Source: an uncultured Methanosarcinaceae archaeon (lineage in GTDB: Archaea; Halobacteriota; Methanosarcinia; Methanosarcinales; Methanosarcinaceae). From it: DNA of 64,000 bases. The stretch's first letter is position 1, and each line of letters begins with the position of its first letter. The notes beneath the pieces were generated by a model, which was given only the letters and a program-made list of their open reading frames with translations, was not told where the DNA came from and made no database searches. The position numbers and the translations under genes are program-made. Where the stretch lies: assembly GCA_963733675.1 (NCBI GenBank), contig CAVTET010000004.1, positions 544,001 to 608,000 on the forward strand, in the 5' to 3' direction. Shown here piece after piece: positions 43,035 to 55,019 of this stretch.

Positions 43035-44466
43035 CATAAAGAAAAGAAGACTTTCCTTTTTCAAAATAGGAAGTTTGTTGAGACCAAGAAATTTTTGGTT
43101 GATACACATAGAAAAATAATTAGTGGGACAATCTTAATTTTTGGAAGAAGGAGATTAAGAGTACTTGACGCAGAAGCCTCAGATACTTTCATGCCAAACT
43201 CAATCATGAATTATTTAATGGAGTTTAATTGAAAAAAAATATAGTATGCACTCTTGATTAATAGTGATATAAACTCAAAAATATACTCCATACAAAATTA
43301 TGTTCGTTTTTTAAGAAAATATAGTCATTATAAGTCGAATGATGTTCGAATGCAACTACTTTAAGTTCTACATATAGCACGTGGATAGCATGTGAAAATG
43401 GATAAAGTTGAATGCAAAAATACATTCACCAGAGATATGGAATGACGTACTAAAAATGAGCATTAGAGGTTTACTGACATTTGGATTCTTTAAAAAAATC
43501 AAACTATAATCGTGAACTACTCAGTCAATTGCCGGTAAAATTAATAATAAATTTTGGCGATCCCAGAGATATTAAAAATTTCCTAATTTCTAACTCACTA
43601 GATTCATTATCTGAAAGGTTTCCATAAGAGGTATTCCTCGAAAATTCAGCTTACCCTTCATTTTGCTAAGATGCACCTCTGTTCGGGTCTCAATTGGTTT
43701 TAATGTAATGCGAGTTTCCATCATCACTTTATAGAACTTTTTCTTTCAATGGTTATGAGCTTTCTTCCTTTGTACTGATATCTTCGGAGTTAAGCATCAT
43801 GAAATTGTCAACCTGGATCTAAAATAAAAAGTTTTCAGTACTAGCTGTTAACTGCTTCCTAGTCAAGTTCATCAAACCTTTTCAAGTCCTCCAGTTAAGT
43901 CTGATCTTAATTTTAACTGATTATCCTTCCAATTTTTAAAAATTATTTTTACTGATAAAGTCTGAATAGGACTTTTGCACCTGAGAACGAAAATCAAGCG
44001 TAAGCAAGGTTATGGAAATCAGTACATTTATGATATTTTGATATATGATAATGCTAATTTAGAATTTAATTGGGCAAATGTTTCTACCAAAAATAAGGGT
44101 TAATTCTGAAGGTTAGGATCCATTCTTGAAAAGTTTTATTCTACTTAAATCCAATATTCTTGAAGTTGTTCATAACTTCTATTCGATAATTTTCACCATT
44201 TAAGGACTATTAGTTATAAATACTATTTTTCCTATGTACTATATAAATATCAAAGAAGATTGAAAATAACTTTTTTAAACCATAAATTAATATAAAGTAT
44301 TTCAAACATACCCTTAAGTTAAGCATTTAACAATAACTATCTAATAAAAGTTTCTAGTAATCGTCTTTTTCTGATGTAGAATCATATTGCGATTTAAGAA
44401 AGATAATTTGCATAATTGCATTGACTGAAAGCCTGATTAACGGAAGAAATAGAGGTAGTTTGGGGA

Positions 44467-45918
44467 ATGAAAAAATACGATGTAATTGTTGTTGGGGCGG
44501 GTGTAAGTGGGCTTCTAGCAGCTCTAACACTTTCCAAACATGGAAAAAAAGTCCTTGTTCTTGAAAAAAAAAAGTATCTTGGTGGGAACTGCAACAGCTA
44601 CATGGTAGAAGGCTACCAGGTGGACACAGGAGTACATGCGATAACCCACCTAATTGAAGGACCCCTGAAAAGACTAATGGATAATTATTTTGATTATTTG
44701 CCTGTATTTGAAGACTATGGGCATTACTACGTTAGGACTGAAAATGCCCTCGTTAAGGTTCCTTCCAATTTAAAAGATTTCGTGACTTTCGATGTGCTTC
44801 CAAGAAAAGATAGGGTTCTACTTTTTCAGATCCTCACGAAGGCCTTTACACTCTCCTCATTTGGAATAGATCTCTCTAACCAGTCTGTGTTTGATTTTCT
44901 GCCAAAAAACCTTTCAAAAGATACTTATGACTTTGTGGATACAATATCCACTTTCCTTTCTGGCAGGTCCATGAAAGAAACTTCAGCCCAACGTGTACTG
45001 TGGGGAAGTAGTCTTTTAAGGGACAGTGTTACTCAGGAGCAGTTTGATGCGATGATAGGAAGATCTGATCCCAAAAAGCTCCAGTCTACAGAGCTAATCC
45101 CTACCTCATTTCTCCCATCTCACCTCCATGCTTCCCTTCAGGCCAGGATGACCAAGGTAGCACAACCTTTTACATCCCTCGAAAGGCTGGCAACAAACGA
45201 CGTAAACGGCTCTCAAGGATACCCACGAAAAGGATTAAAAGCCCTTCTAAATTCCATCCTTTATTCCCTCCCAGAAACTGTCGAAATCAAAAAAGAGTGT
45301 GAGGTGAAATCTATTCTGATGCAAAATGAAAAGGTTTTGGGTGTAGAAGCCGACGAAATCTATACCTCTGACATCGTTATCTATACAGGCTTTGCAACTG
45401 AGCTCCCCAGACTTGTAGAATGTTTTCCCACTGATTATGTAGAAGATCTCAAAGGTATTGTGACCAGTAAAAGCCTGACTATTTGGCTTGGTCTAGAAAA
45501 GGAGCTTCCTGAGTTCAATTATACAGGTTCTGAGATCTGGTTTAAGGATTTTGCTTACTGGGCAATGCCTATAAGTAATTATGATCCTTCCCTTGCCCCC
45601 AATGATAAACAGCTCATAGGTTTTTCATTTGTGATCGACAATAAAGATGATGACCAGAAAATCAAAAAGGCTTATGACACGATTTTCCGCGCCCATCCTA
45701 ATATCGAAAAGCATATAGAGATGCACCACGAGCAGATTACAATTCCCGAAAAAGCCGCAGTCACAATTGACGGAAAATTTGCAGATATCCGAACTCCTGT
45801 CCGGAATCTCTATGTCGCAGGCACAGATACTGACAAGCGAAGTATGGGAATAACTCGAGCCTCATATTCGATCATTGAGCTTTTAAAAATACTTACCGAA
45901 GATGGAAATCTCAATTAA
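44467..45918 (+). CDS. Phytoene dehydrogenase-like FAD-dependent oxidoreductase
   Basis: GAGVSG..LEK..LGG..DTG Rossmann start; RTPVRNLYVAG C-terminal motif. Confidence 0.88.
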   Translation: MKKYDVIVVGAGVSGLLAALTLSKHGKKVLVLEKKKYLGGNCNSYMVEGYQVDTGVHAITHLIEGPLKRLMDNYFDYLPVFEDYGHYYVRTENALVKVPSNLKDFVTFDVLPRKDRVLLFQILTKAFTLSSFGIDLSNQSVFDFLPKNLSKDTYDFVDTISTFLSGRSMKETSAQRVLWGSSLLRDSVTQEQFDAMIGRSDPKKLQSTELIPTSFLPSHLHASLQARMTKVAQPFTSLERLATNDVNGSQGYPRKGLKALLNSILYSLPETVEIKKECEVKSILMQNEKVLGVEADEIYTSDIVIYTGFATELPRLVECFPTDYVEDLKGIVTSKSLTIWLGLEKELPEFNYTGSEIWFKDFAYWAMPISNYDPSLAPNDKQLIGFSFVIDNKDDDQKIKKAYDTIFRAHPNIEKHIEMHHEQITIPEKAAVTIDGKFADIRTPVRNLYVAGTDTDKRSMGITRASYSIIELLKILTEDGNLN

Positions 45919-46069
45919 AAAAATTCCGTTTAGCTATTGCATCAAAATAGATATCTTTCGACTGATTTTTAGTAGGCTGAGTAGTTACTCTGTATTTAAT
46001 ATCGTTAAATTCTGGTGCATAAAATTTATTAAAAATAACAAGACATAAAAAAGGTTAGGAGTTGCATCT

Positions 46070-46670
46070 CACTGAAGGAAATGATGCATTTTCATGCTAC
46101 CGCTCTGGATATAAAGGAATTATTCAGAATCAAATATTTTCATTAGCATACCTATACTCTTATTCTCCTGGTTTCTTTTATTTTCACCATAGTTTTTAAA
46201 TTACATCTGAAGTTCGATCTCACCAACAATTCCAATATGACCTCATCATTCCACAGCTTCTCACTTCATAATTTTTTTCCAATATATGAGTATTCTTTAA
46301 AAATTTATCTTGTTGTGATATTTTTTCTAATGTACATCACTTTGAAGGTGAATATTTAGGTTCAAAATCAACGAAAAGATGTGCTCGATCAATATCAACA
46401 CCTTTACATCAAAACTCCAATTAGTATATTTTACCAATTTCAAAGTATATTTATTTCAAATATTTGATAATTTGACTATCCAAAAGAATTTTTTTACGAT
46501 AGTCCATACAAAAACAATCAGTAGATATCCTATTTTGTCATCATAATGAGTTGCATGACGTAGTTCCATTTTTATAGTGCAAGTATAGCTTAAAATATAA
46601 ATCAGTTCGTTAAAACTGTTCGAGAGAAATTTCAATTCCCGGAGCAAGTTGCGGGGTATCCAGCTAAAAC
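46070..46670 (-). pseudogene. IS200/IS605 TnpA remnant
   Basis: MELRHATHY..KIGY N-terminus, EKLWNDEVILELL-like segment, end hairpin ccggagcaagttgcggggtatc. Confidence 0.65.
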
Positions 46671-46682
46671 AAAATAATTAAG

Positions 46683-46777
46683 CGGGCTCGCCGTGATTCG
46701 AACACGAGTTAATGGGTACCTTCGTAAAGGATTGTACTTCGAAGCCCATTAGGATATCCTGGCTACCCCACGAGCCC
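46683..46777 (-). tRNA. tRNA-Arg (TCG) with a 21-nt intron (46718-46738)
   Basis: GGGCTCG/CGAGCCC acceptor; ATGGG-CTTCGA|A-CCCAT; canonical bulge-helix-bulge (CTTC/GAAG central helix). Confidence 0.95.
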
Positions 46778-46972
46778 GCTGTGCATCAATAATGATAGGA
46801 ACAATCCATATTAAAGGTTTCTATCGAAACTAAGGCAAAATTAAGTCAGAGCATGAAAATCAAAATTTCGGCTGCTTACCCCGCAGCAATCAACTGTATC
46901 TGCTTTCGCCGTTGCTTTGGATATAAAGGAGTTGTTCAAAGTCAAATATTTTCATTTGCTTATATGTTTCTT

Positions 46973-47722
46973 TTTTCTAATTTCTCTATTTTCAACACCT
47001 TTTCTAAGCACATCGGAAGTCGTACATTAATTCACATTCCAATGTAACCTCAATAACTCCACAGTTCACCAGTCCATAAATGTTTTTTAATCTCATATTA
47101 TTTTTAACAATTTCCTTTACTTTGTTGCTTTTTTAGTCTTATCATTCTTGAAGGAGAATATTTTGTTTTATTACCAATGAAAAGATATACATGATCATCA
47201 TTATTACCGATTTCATCAAAATCAAAAACGGATATTTCCCAATTTCAAATCATGTATATTTCAAAATAATTGATGATATCATTCCCTAAAATAAATTTTT
47301 CATGGTACTTCGCACAAAAAACTGTAATATCTTATTTATAGATACAATTATTTGCATGAAGTGTTTTATATTATAGTGAAAAGGTAGCTTAAAATATAGA
47401 TCCATTAGTTAATAACGGTTCTCTCGAAAATTTCCATCCTGCAGCAAGCTGCAGGTTATCCGTTAGAATAATATGATTCAACTATCAAGAGTTTTTTAAA
47501 AAAGATCACAGATATTTTTTTAATTCATACTTTCGGCTTCTCTACATACTTGTACAAAAAAGACAGATTCAAAAAAGCCACTCTATTTTTTATACTTTAA
47601 ACATTTAATTTAAATTATGTGCAACACATGTTTTTGGCGAGAATGGCAGAAAAACTCTATCAGGAATAACTTCAGGTAATTGATCAGATCATAGAAAACC
47701 TTTCACCAAATGTTCGTAGAAA
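46973..47722. repeat. Left arm of a 750-bp inverted duplication (tnpA remnant + IS110 fragment)
   Basis: Reverse complement of 49078-49827 with only a few mismatches. Confidence 0.92.
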
Positions 47723-48537
47723 AACTGTTCGGATAAAGGAGATTCTGGTCAGAAATATAGACAGTATGCATAATTTTCTGTAAAATCTACTCTATATATA
47801 TCATTCTTTTTTTTGATTACTTTTCGATTACTATTCACTCTTATCCAGTCTTCATTCATGTCAATTATTATTGAGGCTAGCAGTTCAAATGTTCATCTTT
47901 GTTTAGGGGGAGAATTATCTACTATTTTACTTCTTTTTTTAAGTCCTTGTTAGCTCTTTCCATTATATTTGTTGTTCTTATTTTTTCCTTTTATTCTCTG
48001 AAAATTGTATATAGTTAATTATATCTTACTGGAAGTTTTAAAGCACTGATTATATGCCCTGAAATATATTAGAATACTATAAAGTTAAACCAACAAAGGA
48101 AGGTTATAGACATATTGTATAAACAAAAGAACAAAATAATATTATATGTTAAAAATATTATATAGGTTGTGAGCCTAGTATAATTTGCGTTCTCATCTGT
48201 TAAGACTATATATATCAAAGACCTATTCCACAAGAAATACTCCAGCGCCTACTCCGTAAAATCTACTTTATATGTGAAGGGATAAAATAAAAACTTGCAA
48301 CCCGTGAGTCCATCACCTAATCTCTTCCAAGCAAGGTCTCTTAAGTGCCGTTAGGAGCTTCTAGATTTTTTCGGATGAGAACGCGAGCAATATAACTTTA
48401 ATACTCTAAGTCACTTTAAAAACGTCAATGCTCAAATGTTGACATTAAAGTCAGCGACTAAACTGGTTAATCATACACGATATAGTTCTTTTCTCTATAA
48501 TTTCATTTTTTCCACTGTTTATAGTTATAATAGTGTC

Positions 48538-49250
48538 AACTGAAGATATTTCAGTCTCAACAATAGTTCTCTTCTGAATATCCCTCTTTTGAAACCCAAT
48601 TTCATCTTCTTCCATCTTATCATTTGTGATCAGATTCCATATTATTGTGGAAATTTTTTTTATTAGAGCAATGATTGCCTTTGAATGTCCAATTGATTTC
48701 TTCTTCCATTTAAAAAATATTTTAACTTAATCTTTTTCTTTCTTGCTGCTGTCAGAGCAATCTATGTTAGAATTAACATAAGCATCTTGACTCTTTTTTG
48801 TGACTCTCTAGTTGTAGAAATTATCTGCAGATTGGTATGCATTATAACTATTCCAAGCCATGAAGCAAACTTATCTGCGAAATAAAAATCCTTAGAATCG
48901 CCTATTCCAGTAATTAGAGTTGTTGTACCATTTTTCTTAATAACCATAAACTGCATTAAAGTTTCCATTTCACTTTTATGCTTTCCATAAGCATAGTCTG
49001 AAATTTATCTCTTTAAAGCTTTGGTTTCATCGTCACGATGTTTTATAAAATTCAGATATTTATGAAACCTAACTATATTTCTACGAACATTTGGTAAAAG
49101 GTTTTCTATGATCTGATCAATTACCTGAAGTTATTCCTGATAGAGTTTTTCTGCCATTCTCGCCAAAAACATGTGTTGCACATCATTTAAATTAAATGTT
49201 TAAAGTATAAAAAATAGAGTGGCTTTTTTGAATCTGTCTTTTTTGTACAA
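48538..49250 (-). pseudogene. IS110-family transposase remnant, copy 2
   Basis: Near-identical to 40859-41620 (identical 68-aa track ORF) except for a ~45-bp deletion. Confidence 0.8.
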
Positions 49251-49827
49251 GTATGTAGAGAAGCCGAAAGTATGAATTAAAAAAATATCTGTGATCTGTT
49301 TTAAAAAACTCTTGATAGTTGAATCATATTATTCTAACGGATAATCTGCAGCTTGCTGCAGGATGGAAATTTTCGAGAGAACCGTTATTAACTAATGGAT
49401 CTATATTTTAAGCTACCTTTTCACTATAATATAAAACACTTCATGCAAATAATTGTATCTATAAATAAGATATTACAGTTTTTTGTGCGAAGTACCATGA
49501 AAAATTTATTTTAGGGAATGATATCATCAATTATTTTGAAATATACATGATTTGAAATTGGGAAATATCCGTTTTTGATTTTGATGAAATCGGTAATAAT
49601 GATGATCATGTATATCTTTTCATTGGTAATGAAACAAAATATTCTCCTTCAAGAATGATAAGACTAAAAAAGCAACAAAGTAAAGGAAATTGTTAAAAAT
49701 AATATGAGATTAAAAAACATTTGTGGACTGGTGAACTGTGGAGTTATTGAGGTTACATTGGAATGTGAATTAATGTACGACTTCCGATGTGCTTAGAAAA
49801 GGTGTTGAAAATAGAGAAATTAGAAAA
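49078..49827. repeat. Right arm of the 750-bp inverted duplication; contains a tnpA remnant on the plus strand
   Basis: Reverse complement of 46973-47722; HLWTGELWSY*GYIG TnpA fragment. Confidence 0.92.
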
Positions 49828-50068
49828 GTAGTAATAATAATGATCTATTGCATCAAAATAGATATCTTTAAACTGATTTCCTGTGAACTGAATAGTTATA
49901 GAAACAGGTTAAAATAAGAATGGGAATTTATTTACTTAATATCTATGAATAAGTACCAGAACTTTCCTAAATAATTAGGAAGAATACTTAAACTCTTCCA
50001 TTTGATACTACCAAAAACAGATATCTATAACAAATGAGAGCAAAAATTATCGCTTCCATAAAAAGACC

Positions 50069-51079
50069 ATGAACGGAAAAAAAGTATTTTCAATCGGAGA
50101 GCGCGCTTTAATCCGTCGCCTATCTGAGATTTTCAAAGTCCCAGAAGGCAAGGAGAGAGAACAAAAAGGAATACTCATTGATGCAGGTTCAGATGACTGT
50201 GCAGTCCTTGATCTGAAAGGAGAAGACTGTCTTGTTTTTACCATAGACATGCTGCACAGAACCACAGATTTTCCAGAGGAAATGACGCCATGGCAGATGG
50301 GATGGATGTCTGCAGCAGTAAACCTGAGCGATATTGCAGCCATGGGTGCAGAACCCACCGGGCTCCTTATGGCAATCGGCATGCCTGAAGATACTGAAAT
50401 TGCTTTCGTCGAAGAACTTGCAAAAGGCATGCAAGCATGTGCCAAATTTTGTGGAACTGCAATCATCGGAGGTGACCTTGATACCCACACAGAACTGACA
50501 ATTACAGGAACAGCACTTGGTCGGGTAAAAAAAAGCCAGCTTCTTCGCCGTCGTGGAGCAAAACCAGGGAATTTGGTATGTGTTACAGGACATACAGGTT
50601 CTGCAGGAGCCGCTCTGAGGTCTATTAAGTCTAAAAAACCAATAAGTGAAACTATCCTTAAGACTCTTTTCGAACCTTTACCCCGCACTTCAGAAGCCCG
50701 GATATTGGCTCAGTCCGGAGCAGTTACATCCATGATAGATACGAGTGATGGCCTTGCCATGTCCCTTTACGACCTTGCCAGGGAAAGCCATGTGGGCTTT
50801 AGAATTCTGGAAAATAACCTCCCCATCATCAGGGAAGTAAGAGAATTCGTCTCAAGCTTTGAAGAATTAATGGAACTTTGCCTTTACACAGGTGGAGATT
50901 TCGAGCTTCTTATTACAATTGACCCGCAGCAGATCAAAAAAGTACAAAACTTATGCAATTTAGCTGTTATAGGAGAATGCACAGAGTATAAAAATGGTAT
51001 TGTATTAAAATCTCCTGGGTGCAGGCTGACAAACATAAAACAGAGAGGATACCAGCAACTAAAAGCTGAACACCATTAA
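50069..51079 (+). CDS. thiL: Thiamine-monophosphate kinase
   Basis: GERALI, DDCAV, NLSDIAAMGAEP, GGD, DTSDGL, GGDFELL. Confidence 0.96.
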   Translation: MNGKKVFSIGERALIRRLSEIFKVPEGKEREQKGILIDAGSDDCAVLDLKGEDCLVFTIDMLHRTTDFPEEMTPWQMGWMSAAVNLSDIAAMGAEPTGLLMAIGMPEDTEIAFVEELAKGMQACAKFCGTAIIGGDLDTHTELTITGTALGRVKKSQLLRRRGAKPGNLVCVTGHTGSAGAALRSIKSKKPISETILKTLFEPLPRTSEARILAQSGAVTSMIDTSDGLAMSLYDLARESHVGFRILENNLPIIREVREFVSSFEELMELCLYTGGDFELLITIDPQQIKKVQNLCNLAVIGECTEYKNGIVLKSPGCRLTNIKQRGYQQLKAEHH

Positions 51080-51746
51080 TAAATTTTCCTGTTACTATAC
51101 TAACTTACCTTCCAAAAAACTTATGGATTAGAGAGATGGTAAGAATTATTGGCTGGGAAACTCCACACAGATCACAAAAATTGAATAAACTGAGGATATC
51201 TAACATAAAATCAGAAGTTTATCGAAATCCTACTTTGTCATAAACAATAACTCAATTACCAGAAATAATTTTGTTGATATTATTCTGATTTGTAAAAATG
51301 TGCGTGGAATTAACAAGATTCGAAACTACATAATTAGAAAAATGGATTTATGGTCAAGAACATATATCTCTATACTAAATTTAAATGCAAAGTTGAACCA
51401 TGTGAAAAAAAAAGAATATAGAAGAAAAGGAATAAAAGAACCGTTTTTCAGCATATTTTTTACAGTGAAACATTGATCTTGATAGTTACATAGTCTCTAA
51501 AAGGTGATAATGTAGAACAAATATATTCTTTTAGCTTTAATTATATTTTAGAACTATATTCAGACTTAGATGGTATATAGAAATATGCAAGCTTTTTTAC
51601 CGCATATTAAGCCATATAAAAGCATATCTTAGGGGAAAGTGAAAAATAATGAATTATTGGAATTATATCAGGACTTTAAAAAACTATTATAAAGTTCTCT
51701 TGTTCGTTATTTAGATTATCCGTAATTTTCACATACGTTCTACATT

Positions 51747-51835
51747 AAAAAATTTTAATAAACATCTAAATATCGTTTATGCTTATAAATTATATATAAA
51801 TGACTCGTGAAAAACAGAGATTAATCAAAATCCTC
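51747..51835. mobile_element. MITE family C, degenerate
   Basis: Right end attaatcaaaatcctc; interior gcttataaa..tatata..gactcgtgaaaa. Confidence 0.55.
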
Positions 51836-52047
51836 TTTAGTACATATGTTTTAGCTTCATCAAAATTTTGCCATCTGCATTCTTTGTATTCTTTATGGCA
51901 ATTTTTTATTTAGCGTATATGTTTTTCTCAAAAATATATTTTAATGGCAAAATATATTTATAACATCCCATTATTTCTTAAATTATACGCAAATTTTCAT
52001 TTATCACATTCATATCCTAAATCTTACTAAATCTGTCGTGCTTATTA

Positions 52048-53045
52048 ATGCCAGGAAAACTTGAAAATAGTACTAAAACAACGATATACTCTGAAATTGT
52101 AGAAACTCTGCTTCAGGAGAGATGGAAAAAGATGGATATGCACGTACATTCTTCCTGCTCTTATGATGTGCCCCCCGCAAAAGCAATGCATCCGGGTGTT
52201 TTTTTAGAAAAGCAAGGGCTCAGAAGCTTGATTTTGTGACTTTTACAGATCATGACACTATCAAAGCTTACGACCTACTTGGCTGGGACAGAGAAGGACT
52301 GATTCCAGGAGTTGAAATTGCAATCAAAGATCCTGATAAAATAGGACATACTCTGCATGTTAACGTTTTTGAGCTTGATTCAGAAGAATTTGAAGAACTT
52401 GAGGCGATTGCAAACCAAGAATATAACTTCAAAAGCTTTATCCGTTACCTCAGAACTCACGATCTCCCGCACATATATAATCATCCCTACTTGTTTGCTA
52501 CTGGAGATCATCCTAATTTATGGGCTGTGTCAGAACTTATAAAATAGTTTCCTGTTATCGAATATAATATGCAGGACCGAATGTAAAAAAATTTCATAAT
52601 TATGACACTTGCGAGGAAATACGGAAAAAGGGTGGTTGCGACCACAGACAGCCATACAGGAGGCATGGGAGCTGTCTATACAATAGCGAAAGGGGAAACA
52701 TTCAAAGAATTCTTTGAAAATATCAAACGAGGGAAATCATATATTGTAGTTGAAGGAGGAACCAGAAGACACCTCACAAAAGAATTAAATTCATGGGTTG
52801 AGCTTGTATTTTCAATGGATATAAATACAAGGGATGAAATTAATTTCACTACGAATGTATGTAGCTTTGACAGAATAATAAGCATCATTGCAAACGAAAA
52901 AATGAAAGATTTCCCTAGAATTAACAGTTTAGCAATGAAATTTTTCCAGAATTTTTCCAGATCAGGACTCCCTGCCTACGTATACGTGAAGACTGAGAAA
53001 CCTCTGATTTCCAAGATAGAAAAAGTCGTGAATCTGATAGCATGA
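52048..53045 (+). pseudogene. PHP-domain protein pseudogene
   Basis: DMHVHS, TFTDHDT, GVE, NHP, TDSH motifs split over three ORFs: frameshift near 52200, in-frame TAG 52545 and TAA 52584. Confidence 0.85.
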
Positions 53046-53068
53046 ACCTTTTAATTGCTTAAAAGATT

Positions 53069-53155
53069 TAGGATTTTGAGAAGCTCTATATTTTGTCATA
53101 TGCTTATAAATGGTATATACTAGACTCTTAAAAATTAGAGGTTTATCAAAATTCT
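53069..53155. mobile_element. MITE family C, degenerate
   Basis: aggattttgagaa...tttatcaaaattct; interior matches 41938-42027. Confidence 0.6.
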
Positions 53156-53386
53156 TTATTATACAACCCTAATTTGATAATCTGATCTTTATGCTGAAAG
53201 CAGATTGTCATATTTTAGAGAAATGAAGAAGTAATATGGGGGTTGACAAATTTTTAACTTATCGTTTATGGAGCCCATCTGAGCAATTTGTTGAAACAGA
53301 TGTTTATAAAAATATTCAAAAAAAATAAAAAAAATAAAATTGAAGAAAAAATACTAAAAAGAACTTAAAATTAGAGTTTCAGCACC

Positions 53387-53794
53387 TCAGGCAATGACGT
53401 CCTTTCTCAGGATATAAGCAACCATCTCAGGATTAAGTTTACTATCCCTTGAGACTTTTTCCTCAATAGCTTCAGTTGATTTACCTTCAACTTTCAGTTC
53501 TTTTATTTCCTCAATTATTGACGAAGGAATGCGATAGTACTCGTTTATATCCTTCCTGTGTCCCCAGACGTCTCCTTCGATAAGCTGAATACGCTGCATT
53601 TCAAGGAACATTTCAATTGATTTTGAGACAGTTCTCCTGTAAGATTTTGGAAGCTGTATAACCTCAACCTTTGGACAGTTCTCGACCAATGAAAAAATAT
53701 CCTTGTTTGAAGGCCTGAAAGCCAGGTGCACTATCCTTTCATTCGGATTCAATGTAAAGATTTCTTCTCGCGAACTCACAACCCTTATTTTCAA
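53387..53794 (-). CDS. DUF1699 family protein
   Basis: KIRVVSSREEI..HLAFRPSNKD..GDVWGHRKD; TTG start after GGAGGA. Confidence 0.88.
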   Translation of the reverse strand: MKIRVVSSREEIFTLNPNERIVHLAFRPSNKDIFSLVENCPKVEVIQLPKSYRRTVSKSIEMFLEMQRIQLIEGDVWGHRKDINEYYRIPSSIIEEIKELKVEGKSTEAIEEKVSRDSKLNPEMVAYILRKDVIA

Positions 53795-55019
53795 AGTTAA
53801 TCCTCCAGATCTACTTATTTTTTCTTGTGATATAAAAATATTCTTCTTTAAATATATTTCCATAACAACATTAATTATTTAGACAGAACTGGTATTTATT
53901 TCTTTCTTTTTTTTGAGGAGAATTTCACCATGAATAACAACAAATAGCATGTATTACATTTACAGAAATGTATAAAGAGTCATGTTCTTAAGGTTTCAAT
54001 AACTTACATACATAACCAAATTTAGGAGATGGTCCTCGCAGTAAAAATTAATACTTTCAAAACTTAAAAAAATGGATTATCGTCAAGTGCATATATATCT
54101 CTACAAACCATATATAAAAGTTGAACAAGAAAGGTACTGAAAAAGTGAAAAGAAAAAAAGCTTCTTATTTTCATCCCTTCTTCCGTATCTTTCTTGATTA
54201 TACAAAGCCAGATAACTTAAACATAAATAATTAATCCAAAAATAACATAAATTCTTCGAATAACAGGCACAAACAAAGTACTTCTCAACTCACCTTTATT
54301 TACTATTGATTTCATCATTATCTTGGCTAGTAAGGTTGTCCCACATTTGATTTCTAAAAATAGTTCTAAAAATAATCAGTGGATTGCCATCGAAAACTCA
54401 AGTTTGACTTGATCATGGATACCAAATTGCCCTTTTAAGCAATTCAACTATCAAAATAAATATTATAGTCCAAATTGTCAGAAATAGTAACAATTTTTGT
54501 GGTTCAGACATCCATAAAAGTTTTTTCATTGCTATTATTCTCAGTATATCAAGAGAAAAATAGCAACAAAACAACGACAAAAAAATCTTGTTTTCATAAT
54601 GAAATCCACCTATTACCTCGAAATGAGTAGCAACTATAAGCAAGCAAGAAATTTTTCTTTCTATTCATTTTGAAAGAAATCCTTAAAACCTTTTCATCAA
54701 ATTCTTCTGCATCCTAGAAAAACAAAGAGCTGAAATTTTACCTAAACTCCTAAAGCATTCATGATATTTTTCATCCTTCGAAAACATTAGACACCTTTCA
54801 GGTAAGATTCAGCTGCAGCAGTTAAGATGACCTCTTCAATTATCGAACACTTCTCAAATAAATCTGTTTCAAGGGAAACTCAGGGAATTAACGCTTTAAT
54901 AATTCGAGTTCTCCATACTTAGTTTGGAGGATTTATATTCCACTAACTAAGATTGTCATGAGACCCATGTAGGGCGATTACACTGGCCAATTAAAGCAAT
55001 AATTAATCAAATTGGAATA

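Noticed and set aside
50047-50688. 213-aa minus-strand ORF and similar overlapping track ORFs in ech, GH, pan, hypF and atp genes
   Set aside because: Antisense or alternate-frame shadows of well-supported genes with no motifs of their own
52545-52547. Pyrrolysine codon in the PHP gene
   Set aside because: The same gene also has an upstream frameshift and an in-frame TAA 13 codons later, so it is a pseudogene
54413-54643. 76-aa hydrophobic ORF
   Set aside because: The RBS-like AGGTGG points to an ATG in another frame that stops early; possibly a broken membrane microprotein but unsupported
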